In this document: positions 42,035 to 53,900 of the stretch, piece after piece
Layout of the letters: the number at the start of each line of letters is the position of its first letter
How positions within the stretch are numbered: the stretch's first letter is position 1
NCBI GenBank assembly: GCA_030167865.1
Contig: JALAGF010005857.1
Span: 62,001 to 126,000 of the forward strand
DNA length: 64,000 nucleotides
Source of the DNA: Craspedostauros australis
Taxonomy: Eukaryota
Direction: 5' to 3'
The notes under the pieces: model-generated
What the model saw: the letters and a program-made list of their open reading frames with translations, nothing else
Told to the model about the DNA's origin: nothing
Databases searched by the model: none
Program-made: the position numbers and the translations under genes

Positions 42035-42749
42035 CTTTCCGAGTCTTGTTTTTGTCTCGTCTCGTCTAGTTCTTGTGTTGGATCCTGTCGTCCTCCTTCT
42101 TGTTGGCGTGCAATCTTATGAGAGTATGCGTAATACGGTGTGGTTTCACTCTCCTGCTGCGTTGAGTGCGGTATCTGCTCTATCTCTGATATAAGACTTC
42201 GGATCAAGCAGCAATAGGGTATGATACTTGGAAGTTTGTATCCGTGCAGAGCAAGTGAGGATAATGTTCTGCTCGCAGAATTATGATGAGCTTGCCTCCA
42301 GACAGACAGATGGAGGATCATGGCGGCAGTAGCCAACCACAAAAGGAAGCAGCAACACGAAAGATGCGAGGAAACGCCCACGTTCTGTGGTTGAACCACA
42401 ACCAGAGCGATTTCGTGGTTGTGCATTCAGAGACGTTAATTTGACGTTTGCGTCAATTTTGAACTTCAACGTCCCGAAAAGCGACTCACCCAAACAGAGC
42501 GAGAGTCTCACTCCGTCACCAATCCTCCCATACAATTACCTTCTCAACATAGCTCGTACTCGTACGATGCTTTGTGAAGTTTAACACATCCTCGTATAAC
42601 ACTTTACTTGAATCCTGAATCATTGTATCGTTACTGCATATAGTACGGACTTGCCCATGGCAACACCCTTCTTGACCATGTCACGTCATTGGGACGGGGA
42701 CGATGATAATTCAGTCATCGAGTGGCATAGCTTCCAATCCTCTCTGTCT

Positions 42750-44193
42750 CTAGAAGAAACCGTAGAGGCCAAGGACGAGAGTCTCGTAACCGAGGCACAT
42801 GAGATGCCATCGTAGATCCAGGCTCGCACTCATGGCGGCAGAGGAGAAGAGACGGAAGACCATGAGGACGAGAGCGCTGCCGATGGCCTGCGCCTTCCAG
42901 ATCATGGCGCTCTTCGTCGTTCCGCTGCCGTCGCTTCCGTATCGAATGGCGAATCCGGCAGTCACCTTGATGGCGCAAAGCACGAGGAGGTTCATCGCCA
43001 GGAACTGTGACAGGTACTTCTCTCCAATATGCAATTCTGCCATCATGCCGTACTCATCCGATTCCACGGATCCATCTGGTGGCGAATGGATGAACGCACC
43101 GGTCCACTCCAGGTAGATGTCATCACGCGGGATGAAATCGATGGCCTCTCCTGGCCGCATCAAATCGCGCCCCGCGATCAATGCCACCAGAGCCGACACA
43201 AGCGCAACTGTTCGAGACACAATCTGGGATGGCAGCGAGCTGGGGGTCTTCCCCTCCGTCATTTTGGTGGCCGGTGCTCGTTTCGTCACCTTGTTCGTGA
43301 CGAGGTATCCCAGCATCACGATGGATTCGAAAAGGAGCGCCGCCATCATGAGCTTTGGCAAGCCATCCGCCCCGGCCGCAACGAAGTCTTCCATGTACGA
43401 GGCGTAGAATGCGGTGCTGGCCAAGTTGGCGAAAAAGCAAAGCCAGATCGTTGGCTTGAAGTGCCCCAGATCCCATCGCGCGTTGCTCGGATGGAAGAGC
43501 ATCGGCATGAGTTTCTGCGTCTGAATGGCGAGCGAGGCCGCACCTGCGAGCTTGCGCACGAACAGACCACCCATGTCATTCTCATCAGTGGTCACTGCCA
43601 TGATGCTGCTCAGTCCACCTTGCGTCGACTTCCAGCCTTTCGAATCATCGAAGAACGCTATGGATTTGGTGAACAGCTACGCATTTGCCAAGTTATCGAG
43701 TAGTCGGCGTAGTGCAGTGCGGTGGAGTGAAATTGCGTGGAGTTGAGTCAAGTGCACGATATGACAACGCATGGTGTCAGTGTAAGTTCATCGTGACGGT
43801 GAAATGGAGAGATTGAAATTCCATAGTGTGGTACATACTGTCCGAACATGCGCCGTTCAGGTACACACACGGTGGTCATTTGAAGACAACCCCATACATC
43901 ACACTTACCTGCATGGCAAGATCGGATGATCCCGCGATGACTCGGCCTGTGGCGAAGACATCTCGGAAGGCAAACATCCACATCATTCCCGAGCACACGA
44001 GCACCGTGACAACGAGCGGGAATGGTGGCAGATGTTCATCAGCCACTTCCTGTGAAGAGGACGATGACGACAACGATGGTGTTGACATAGACGATGTCAT
44101 GTTCAGTTTCTTGAGCGCCTTTTCTTCAGCAGCTGCTTTCTGCTGCTGCTTGCTGGCCCCTTGACCCCGTTGCTTCATCTTGGACTTGCCCAT
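42750..44193 (-). CDS. Uncharacterised multi-pass membrane protein; exons 44193..43909 and 43676..42750
   Basis: GTAAGT…TAG intron 43908..43677 joins track ORFs 43876..44337 and 42750..43601 in frame (…DLAMQ|LFTKS…). Several hydrophobic segments, no recognised family. Confidence 0.7.
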
Positions 44194-45191
44194 GCTTTCT
44201 GTATTTATACAGTATTCTTGACTCTGTTCGTCTCTTCTGAGCTCCTGTTGTGTGCCCTTTCCAGTTCCTTTTGTGCCAAATGCGGTTTGCAGCTTGTCTT
44301 TGCCTTCGTCGTTGTTGGTGTGATTACTGTTGTGCACAGATCTCGTAAGACGTCTAAAGCTCCAGAAGAGTGCAGGTGTTCATAAGTTTGTGATTTGTGT
44401 TGTGATTGTGATTGTGATTGTGATGACAATGAACAAGCACCTGCGATACGCGTCCTTCGATGGTGCTCTCCCACGAGGGAGGGATCATTGGTGTGGTGCA
44501 GTTGTCGTCGGTGTTGTCGTGTGGCGAAACCAAAGGATGGAAGAAAAGCAAAGTTGAAATGCCGATTTTCGCGTTGTTTCTGCATGAGCCTTGACAAACG
44601 CGTTAACGACTAAATAACGTCCTGATTCAAACCTCACTTCGCTTGATTCATCGGAACAACAACGAATCAATTTTGATTCGCATGGATCGAATGGAGCGGA
44701 ATCGGTCGACCAAGGCGATCAACGTATCGTGTTGTCATGACTTGACACCTCACACAAACACACTCACCACAGTGGTGTTTGCGAACAACGGTCAGCAAGG
44801 ATACGCCAACCGTGTTGCCACCAACTCAACCACATCCCCCTTGTGTGTCATCATCGTGTTGCCACCACATTCTCATGCTGATGCGGAGCTGCCGAGCTCC
44901 GTGCCAGATTGACTCATTCATGCAAAACAGAAGTCGTGCTTGTAGAGTATCTGCATTGATTGGACATTCTCCTTTCGCACAAATCCAAAGTGAGACAGCA
45001 TACTTCGCTTTGCGCGCTTCAGTTTTGGCTTGACTCTCATTCTGCTTTGTTGCGCCGCTGACTCGTACTACTGCTCATACCGTGCAGCACCCATACGGCA
45101 ACCCGTTGTTTGCGATCACAACACCCTTCGATCCGATCCCATCTCATCTCATCCGATTCAGTTGCATTCAATCCAACGACCTTGGAAGAAG

Positions 45192-48100
45192 ATGAAGTTT
45201 GCCATCGCGTTTTCCGTTGCGACCATCGCAGCATTGCTGCAGGCAGGATGCGATGCTTTCGTTGGACAGTTGGCGGCACAGAGGACCGTCAGCACCTCTG
45301 GCCAGATGTCCGCAACCACAGCACCGCGCGGATCCATTCATGCGTCCTTCCTCAAGAGACAAGGCATTCACCATGTGGCTCATCAGCATCAACAGCGACA
45401 TGGTTCCAATTCGCAGCTCGCCATGGCGTTGGAAGAGTTCTTGGATGGGCGCGATGATGCCCAGCGTGATCGCGAGAACAAATCCTACCTTGACGACATC
45501 CAAAAGCGGGTGGAAACGATCAACAACCTAGAACCGGTCATTGAAGAATTGGGGGATGATGAACTGCAAGAGAAGACAGCGGAGTTCAAGAAGCGCCTTG
45601 CGGGAGGCGAAGACATCAATGGGAAGATCCTGGAGGAGGCATTTGCTGTTGTGCGCGAGGCTGCATGGTACGTGGAAGTGGAAGTTGACCCAAATTGCGT
45701 GGCTTGCCACAATCTCATGCTCTGGCGCGCTCCATCCTGCCCATTGCGGGTGTGTTGGATCAATGACAAGTGCTCCGTCCAGACTCGATGTGTGTTATGC
45801 TCGAATGACGCCTTTCGATGAGCGCATGTGCATGTGCGTCTAGTGGAAGGTTTAAGTATTGTGTGCGACAATGACACTCCACCCTAACAGCCATTTTCCA
45901 AATCCGATCCATACATTTGCACATACACATACACAGGCGCGTTCTCGAATTGCGGCATTACGACGTGCAGCTGTTGGGCGGCCTCATCTTGCACGATGGC
46001 AGACTTGCAGAAATGGCCACAGGAGAAGGAAAGACCTTGGTGGCAACGCTGCCAACCTACGTCAATGCCTTGACCGGGGATTCGTCGTTCGTTGTCACAG
46101 TCAATGACTACCTCGCCAAGCGTGACATGGAGATCATGGGACAGGTCCACCGATTCCTCGGGCTCACAGTGGGATTGATCCAGTCCGGCATGACGGAGGA
46201 CGAGAGAAGGGAGCAGTATGCCTGCGATGTCGTCTACGTCACCAACTCGGAGCTCGGTTTTGATTACCTGCGCGACCATTTGGCCTTGAGCCAGGCGCAG
46301 ACCGTCCTGCCAGGTGGCGCAAATGAATTCAACGGCTTCTGCGTCGTCGACGAGGCCGATTCTGTGCTCATCGACGAAGCCAGAACACCGCTCATCATCA
46401 GCAAGCAAGTGCCAGCACCATCATACAGGTACGACAACGCGTACAAGCTTGCCGAGGCGTTGAAGGCTGATATCCACTACACAGTCGATCTCAAGAACAA
46501 GGTGTGCACGCTGAACGAGGTCGGTTACAGAGACTGCGAACGCGCTCTCGGCGTCGACTCGTTGTTCGAGCTTGACAGTGACGGTGCCTCATGGGCTCCA
46601 TTCATCATCAACGCCATCAATGGCAAGGAACTGTTCAATAAGGACATCGAGTACACCGTGCTCTTTGATGATGACGGCAACAAGAGCGGAGTCGGTATCA
46701 TCGATGCCTTCACCGGCCGTGTCCTCGACGGTCGTCGATGGTCGGACGGGCTTCACCAGAGCATCGAAACCCGAGAGGGCATTCAAGTCAGCGAGCAAAG
46801 TCAGGTCATCGCCAAAGTCACATACCAGGTAAATCAACGGTCTTTTGCGTCATGTGTGCACCGGCACGGAATGCGCAAAATGCATGCACCACGCTGCACT
46901 ACTCGTATGAATGTATTCATGTCCCCGTACCAACTCCAGACTCACGTATTTTCAAACTGCCTGTCTTCTGGTGTGCATTGAATAATTCTGCATTCGATTC
47001 TTCCACTCTGCTCAACTGTAAATTCGATTTGATGGCGTCTCGCAGGCCCTGTTCCGTCAATTCACGAGACTGTCAGGTATGACAGGAACGGCCAAGTCCG
47101 ACGCAGCCGAACTGGAAGTCACATACGGTCTGAAAGTGACACCAGTACCAACCGCCCTTCCCATCGCTCGTCGCGATTATCCTGATGTGGCATTCAAGAC
47201 ACGAAAGGCAGCCGATGACGCTCTCATCAAAGAAATCGTGGCCGCCGGCGGCGGCAAACCGGATGGACGTCCGTGCCTTGTCGGAACTACTTCCGTGGCG
47301 CAGAGCGAGAAGCTTGTTGCGTTGCTGGAGGAGAATGGCATCCATGCCGAGCTTCTCAATGCTTCTCCAAAGAACGCGCCAAGAGAATCCGAAATCGTTG
47401 CCCAGGCCGGGCGTGCGGGCAGTGTCACGGTTGCCACCAATATGGCAGGTCGAGGAACTGACATCCTGCTTGGAGGATGTCCACGCACCATGGCGAGGTT
47501 GAAGACACGATCATACCTTGTCGAAGAAGCCGGAGTTCTGTCTGACGAGGAGGCGGATAAGCTCCCACCATCGCCACCCGCTGACTACTATCCGTGCGAA
47601 GTGGATGACGACATCAAGTTGGCGCTTAAGGTCGCCGCCAGTTCGCTGAAGAAGGCCGTTGGTGACGATCTCACCGCCGTTGGCCTTGACGAGATTCTGA
47701 GCATCGCCATCGACACCACGGAAGCCGAGGATGACCCGGCGCATATCGTGAGCCTCCGTGACGTCACCGAGGCCATCAAGACATCATTCGCCGAAGTCAC
47801 TGGTGCCGAGAAGGAATACGTCCTCAAGTCAGGAGGTCTCTACGTTATGGGCACCAACCGTCACGAGAGCCGACGAATTGATCAGCAATTGCGTGGCCGT
47901 TCCGGCCGTCAGGGAGACCCAGGAACATCCCGCTTCTTCCTGTCCTTCGAGGACGATGTTTTCGTCATCTTCGGCGGTGATTCGTTGAACAAAATCCTCA
48001 AGATGTTCCGCGTCAGCGATGACATGCCCGTGGAGGCACCGCAGGTCAGCGAGGCGTTGGACAAGGTGCAGAAGACTGTCGAAGACAAGTACCGTGAAAT

Positions 48101-48719
48101 TCGTGGCGAGATCTTCAAATTCGATGAAGTGCTCAACGGACAGCGCCGGGTGTTGTACGAAAAGCGCCAGGCCATGCTATTCTCTTCGGCCGAAGAATCA
48201 TTGGTTTTGATGCGCGAGTACAACGGAGAGACAATTAGCAGCATCGTCGATGCCCAGGTGGATGAAGAGACAAAGGCTGTGAACGTGGACAAGGTCGTCG
48301 AGAAGATCGGGCAGTTCTTCCCGCTGGTTGGCTCCGTCATTCGCGCAGGCGATATCGCTGGAAAGGATGCCGATGCCGTCAAGCAATTCTTGACCCTCGC
48401 CGTGGATGAAGTTTTCAACTCGCGCGTTGAGGATATCGAGAAGGAAGCGGTGGCAGCAGGACGCCCGCCAGCATCGTTGGGCCGTTCCTCCAACTACATC
48501 ACGCTGGTGAGCATGGACAATGCATGGAGTGACCACCTGCAGGCCATGGAGAACTTGAAGGAGGTTGTCGTCTTGAGACAGATCCAGGGCCGCGACCCGC
48601 TCAGGGAGTACGAAGACGAGTCATACCGTCTGTTCTCTAGCCTGCTGAGCACCATACGAAACAACGCCGTGTTTTCGTTGTGGCAAAGCCTTGGCCAATC
48701 ATTGCAAGCAACTGCCTGA
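45192..48719 (+). CDS. secA: Nuclear-encoded, plastid-targeted preprotein translocase SecA; join(45192..45667,45937..46828,47046..48719)
   Basis: Bipartite presequence MKFAIAF…[80 protein letters not shown]. Two GT-AG introns checked in frame. Confidence 0.95.
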
Positions 48720-49037
48720 AGACATGGGAAGGCGCCATACACGGACGAGTGGGTAGGAGATTCATTCTGCCCACAAGAAGTGAAGAGAAAGGTGGAAGCG
48801 GTACGCTCAACAAACTCAAGTCTAAAAGCTATAACTGTCTAGAGCACTCCTCTGACAACCCTCGCATACTCGTAAGTACCAATTTTCTGTTGACGATCGC
48901 ACTCGCAGATGCAATGCCATCTCTTGGACAGCGGTCGACCTTCCCATGATGACAACAATGTGGATCGAAGCGTCTCGTTTGCACACTACAAGTATGGACG
49001 AAGCTGAATGCCGTCGAGGCAGCGCTTGTTGCGGGAG

Positions 49038-50387
49038 TCATTCGCGGTTGACGAAATCGAAGATCTTGGACACGAATGAAGCATCATCGCCTCCCTCCGA
49101 CGATTGACTCCAAAGTGGCACCACAGTGACCGATCCATCGTGGTGGTTGCCGTGGATTGTGTTCAAGGTATCAACGGACGTCGCGATGCGTATTGACGAT
49201 GTGACGAACACTTCTTTCCATTCACCACGTTCGCTCAGCCGGATTGGCGACTGGTCCACCGGCATGTCAATATGATCTGCCAATCGCAGAATTTCATGTC
49301 GCATGTACCCATTTAGAACCAGCTGACTGTCCGCAGTCTTCAATCGGCCATCCTTGTAGACAACAAACACGTTTGTTGTCAGACCCTCCAGCAGCTCCAA
49401 GTTATCATCGCCGTCACCGCAGAGCTTGCGCGTCAGAATGACTTCGCCCGTATTTTCGTCCTTGAACATAGTCTCCAGCGGTCGTCGTTCCCAACACCAC
49501 GAGGATAGCTTGGCTGTTGGATGATTCTGATATCTGCTGGGAAGATCATTCTGCTGCTGAAGGTCGGGCTCTGCTTGATTTTCCCGAAGGATCGATGGAT
49601 CAATCGCGAGCGTGGCGGTGATGGGTGGTCGTTGTTCCAGCCTTGCAATCGGCGAATCCCCGATCAAGGTGGCATGTCCATGGACAAGTGGTCTTGCACT
49701 CCCATTGCTATCCACTCCTGCGTTATCGTCCCATAACAGAGTCAGCATGGCCTTCATTTTCATGTCCGTTGATACACCACCATGGCCACCATGATCATCT
49801 TTCACCTGTGACGCACGCAGTCGCCGCAGCTTCGCTGTCTCATTCTTGCATTCATCTAACAGAGACGATATGATCTTTTGCGATTGGAATTTAGCTTGAT
49901 GAATGATCGCTTCAGGCAATGGCGTGGCAGCTGAGTTGTGCTTCTGCATCAGGGCATCGTAGGATTGCACCAATCTTGCCAGGTGGAAATCCAATCCCTG
50001 GCATGTCCATCGATCTTCAGAGATGTCATACATGCATAGCATCGCCGTGTAGGCACCTCCGTTCCTTCCATGCCATTCCAGCCATCCCCGCGGTGACGTG
50101 AGGTCGAAATCGTCGTTTGCGTCTTCTTGGATGAAGATCACGTCAACGCAGTCCTTGTCTCCGGCATGGTCTTCAGTGTGCCAATCAGCACGTGCGCTCC
50201 ATCGAAGCCTCGTTGTGGTTGCTCCTGCTGACCGTGCGGGCTTGCATCGGCGTGTTGCCTTCAGACCAAACTGACGTCTTATTGACACTTGCACTCGTAC
50301 AAATATGCCATTGGGAAAGGCTTGGATCGTATCCAACCATGGCAACAGCAGCAACGACGAAAGAGATGTGAGGCATCGCATCTCCAT
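49038..50387 (-). CDS. Class IV PLP aminotransferase-like protein (BCAT/D-AAT/ADC-lyase fold), predicted plastid-targeted
   Basis: FHLARL, TAKLSSW (putative PLP lysine), LLEGLTTNVF, VLNGYMR, EVFVTSS. N-terminal signal …DTIQA-FP. Confidence 0.75.
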   Translation of the reverse strand: MEMRCLTSLSSLLLLPWLDTIQAFPNGIFVRVQVSIRRQFGLKATRRCKPARSAGATTTRLRWSARADWHTEDHAGDKDCVDVIFIQEDANDDFDLTSPRGWLEWHGRNGGAYTAMLCMYDISEDRWTCQGLDFHLARLVQSYDALMQKHNSAATPLPEAIIHQAKFQSQKIISSLLDECKNETAKLRRLRASQVKDDHGGHGGVSTDMKMKAMLTLLWDDNAGVDSNGSARPLVHGHATLIGDSPIARLEQRPPITATLAIDPSILRENQAEPDLQQQNDLPSRYQNHPTAKLSSWCWERRPLETMFKDENTGEVILTRKLCGDGDDNLELLEGLTTNVFVVYKDGRLKTADSQLVLNGYMRHEILRLADHIDMPVDQSPIRLSERGEWKEVFVTSSIRIATSVDTLNTIHGNHHDGSVTVVPLWSQSSEGGDDASFVSKIFDFVNRE

Positions 50388-50933
50388 ACTCGGAATGCCA
50401 AACCGTTGACGATTTGCGATCTTTTTGTGTTGGAAGATCCGTACCCATCATTGGCACGTCAAACATCACCAGCACAAGTCGTATGAGCCACACGACGACC
50501 ACAGCCAAAAAGATCCACCATGCGCACCAAAAAAAAACGACACGACTCCGCCTTGGAACACTCCAAACACTCCAATCCTCATCACACGTACTCTGATGAT
50601 CTCCAACTGAGTCCTTCATCGTGCTGGCAATACAAGGACATTGTTTCATGCAAAGGCAACAGCACTCTCAACTGTTGCAAATGTAGTCATGTCATTCTAT
50701 CATGTTCTAATTCTGTATGGAGAGGAAAAAGGGGGTAGAATGGGATCATCTCGTTGTTGTTCATTTTCTTGTCGTTCATACCATGCTATGCCATGTCTTA
50801 TCGTGTCATGTTATGTCGTGCCATGCCATTCCAGGCTCTGTTGTGTTGTGATGCACCCTCTGGAAAGTACGGGCAATCTTAATGCGCTGCGCTTTGCTGC
50901 GGCAATGCGAAATACTCGTGTATGTGCGGTCGT

Positions 50934-53900
50934 TTACCGGTCGCTATCGCTGCCGCCGCTCTCCTGCCGGACTGCTTCGATCGCCCGTTTGATCTCTTTG
51001 TACCTGCGGTATTCACTAGCCACAGGCCGAATGTCAGCGAAGCTCGACACCTGGCGGTTGTGTTCGCGGTAGAAGTCCCTCTCGTACGAACGCAGCATCT
51101 GATGAAGTCTGCCCTTCTCGGCACGCAGGGAAGCGAGGTCTTGGCCTGTGGGCGTGGGTGATGACATTGGTACCGGGGGCGATGCGATCGCGTCGGCAAC
51201 CGGAGATGGGCTCGTTTTTGGACGCCGGAGGCGCATGCGCGATGCTTCATGACCGCCGATATCCTTCCCTGATGCGGGCGAGATGCTCTGCGGCGACATT
51301 CTGCCAGACGGCGATTGCTGCATGGCAACTGGAGACGACGCGCCAGGGCCTTCTTGCCCCCTGGTGGTGATCAAGCTCTTGAGGGTGTTGTAGGTTTCGT
51401 AAAGGTGACGGATGGGCTCCTTCTCCGCCTTGACTGGCATGCGGCCATGTCGACGGGCAAAGGCCATGTCGTACTGCCGCAGCTGCTGCTTCAGCTCCCG
51501 CTTGCGAGCCTGCAGACTGTGAAGGGGAAGCTGTGCAAGGTCCTCGTCGCCTGGTGCGGGAGACGAAGGCTTGCCTGGCTGCGACGAATACGGTCGGGAC
51601 GCCGGCGACATGGGGAAGCCATCCGGCCGGTCTGGCAATCGACGCTTGGAGCTGCTGTTGCGGGGAATTCCGGAGCCCGAGCTGTTGACGGAGCCATCGT
51701 CATCGTACCGAAGCGAATCGGAGCCGAAAGACGTGATGCTGGCGGTGGAACCGCCCATGCTCCGCATCTCGATTCCAGGATCTCCGATATCCGCGGGCAG
51801 GGCGAGCTGCGCCATGACGTGGTCTTGACCTTGCATGGCTCTTTGACCAAGGCGCTCTCTGCGCGTTGCGATGAATCGAACCTTGGCAGGGTCGTTGCTG
51901 CGGAACAGACGCCGACGAGCAAGGAAGCCTCTCACGAGACCCACGATACGGCACGCGGCATCCGCGCGGATGGCCTTCTTCCACTCGCGATACTGAGCGT
52001 AAGTCGATGCAAGAGGTGCGCGCTCTGTCGCTCCGCGCGGAGGTCGCCCGTGAAGCTGCATGAACGCCTCTTCGAAACGAATGATTTGCGACCTGAGCGC
52101 GCGACACGCGGCGACGGTTCGCTTGCGTTCGGCGGCCGTGGATGTGAGCATCCTGTAGTTGGTTGGCTGCGATCCCATGGTGGAAGCAGATGCAACGGAA
52201 GATGCGGACGAAGCAGGTCTGTATGACGCCATGTCGGGGCCAGACGTACCGGTGTGAGGCGATGACGGTGACAATGGTGCCCGCTCGTTCTCTGTGGAAG
52301 GAACCGTCTGCGTTGGCGTTGTTGCCCCCTTTGCGGACGGCGCATTGGCGGCGGGCGATGGTGACGATGCAGGGGATGCGTACGTTGATGACGCAGACTG
52401 TCCTCTTGCATTCAATCCATTCTTGGCATCGTTTTCGAATGACCGTGATGGCGTCGGTGATGAGACCGAACCCAGGGAATTTTGCGCTGGCCGCATAAGC
52501 GGATCGGATGACATGGAGGTCGGCGTCCTCTCGCGCCGCGGCGATCGTGGAGGTGTGTTGGCGCCGAATTGATTGATCTGGCTTGGCGGTGCTGGGACGG
52601 TGTCAATCTTGTTTTGACCCAAGCCGCCGCTGACCCCAACTTGGACGTCCGTGATTTGATCTGGTCTTGTTGACGGAGACTGCTTGAGGGAAGTTGTGAA
52701 CGGTGCGGATGTCGTCGGGTTGCTCTGCTGGTCCATATCTGCCGGTCTCGCAAGGGTGGGGATGCTGGTCGCGGCTGCGGCTGGATCTGCCTGAGCCGAT
52801 GCGGATCCGGTGGCTGCTGCCGCGGTTGTTGTCATTTGCGAGTACGAGTTGAGCGCTGGAGGAGTCGTCGGTGTCACGTTGGTTCTTGGACGCGTTGGAC
52901 TCAGTGGTGTCGACAGAATGCCACGTGAGCTGCCCTCGGATGTCTGCGATGCGAATCCGCTCGAATTGCGCCGCGCAAAGGACGACGACTTCATGAGGCG
53001 ATGGTGGTAGGATCCGGACCTGTTCAATTCGTTTGGTTGCGGGATGCTGGACCAGTCGGTGGATATTATGCGCGTGATGGAAACCGTGATTTGCTTGTCC
53101 AGCGCGATGACCTCCCACTCCGCGAGCGCTTCAGGTCCATTCGAACCATCCCTTCCGTGCGATGATGCCGCGCCGAATTTGTTGCTTCTTCGCATGCTGT
53201 GGCCGTGGCCGTGGCCTGTCAATCCAAGGGTGGGTCCGTCTGAGGGGTCACCTCCGAGATTTCTGAGCTGCGTGGCCGCCGAATTGAGCGTCTCTGCACG
53301 TTTTGAGTCGGCAAGCATGAGTTTCCCCCGTTCGAACCATCCTTTGGAGAAGATTTGCGATGCGGAATCCAAGATGAGTTCGACGGCGGCGAGGATCGGT
53401 TCCATATCATTCTGATGACGCAGGCACCACACGGCACCCCTGGGTGGACGTACCAGCGAGGGTGCGATGCGTTGCACGAAACGACGCTGGTACCGAGGTG
53501 TGCCGCACATTCTGCGGAGCTGCGCCAGCGCCAGGAGTGCCTCGCCGGACGGCTGCTCGAGGGATGTGATGAGCAGGATGGTGAGCACGGCCACGATGTC
53601 TGATCTCTCTCGGTGCATCTTGTCCTGGCCATCCAGCGGGGATGCAGTGTCGTGATGTCCGATCTCGAGCACTGCCACACCGGCGTGCACTATCCCCTCG
53701 TAGCACTTCGCCATTCCTTCCAAACTTTCGACCGGATTCATTGACAGACTTTCCACGAGGAGCGCCGACGCGATGGCCGGTGTCATGGGTTGTTCGAACC
53801 GCGACATGCCGGTGGCAGCCAGGTTCTTCTCCCGTTGAAAGTCATTCTCCTGATCGCTGAGATCCGAATCGCCGGCAGCCGCTCTGCCTCCCAGGTTGTT

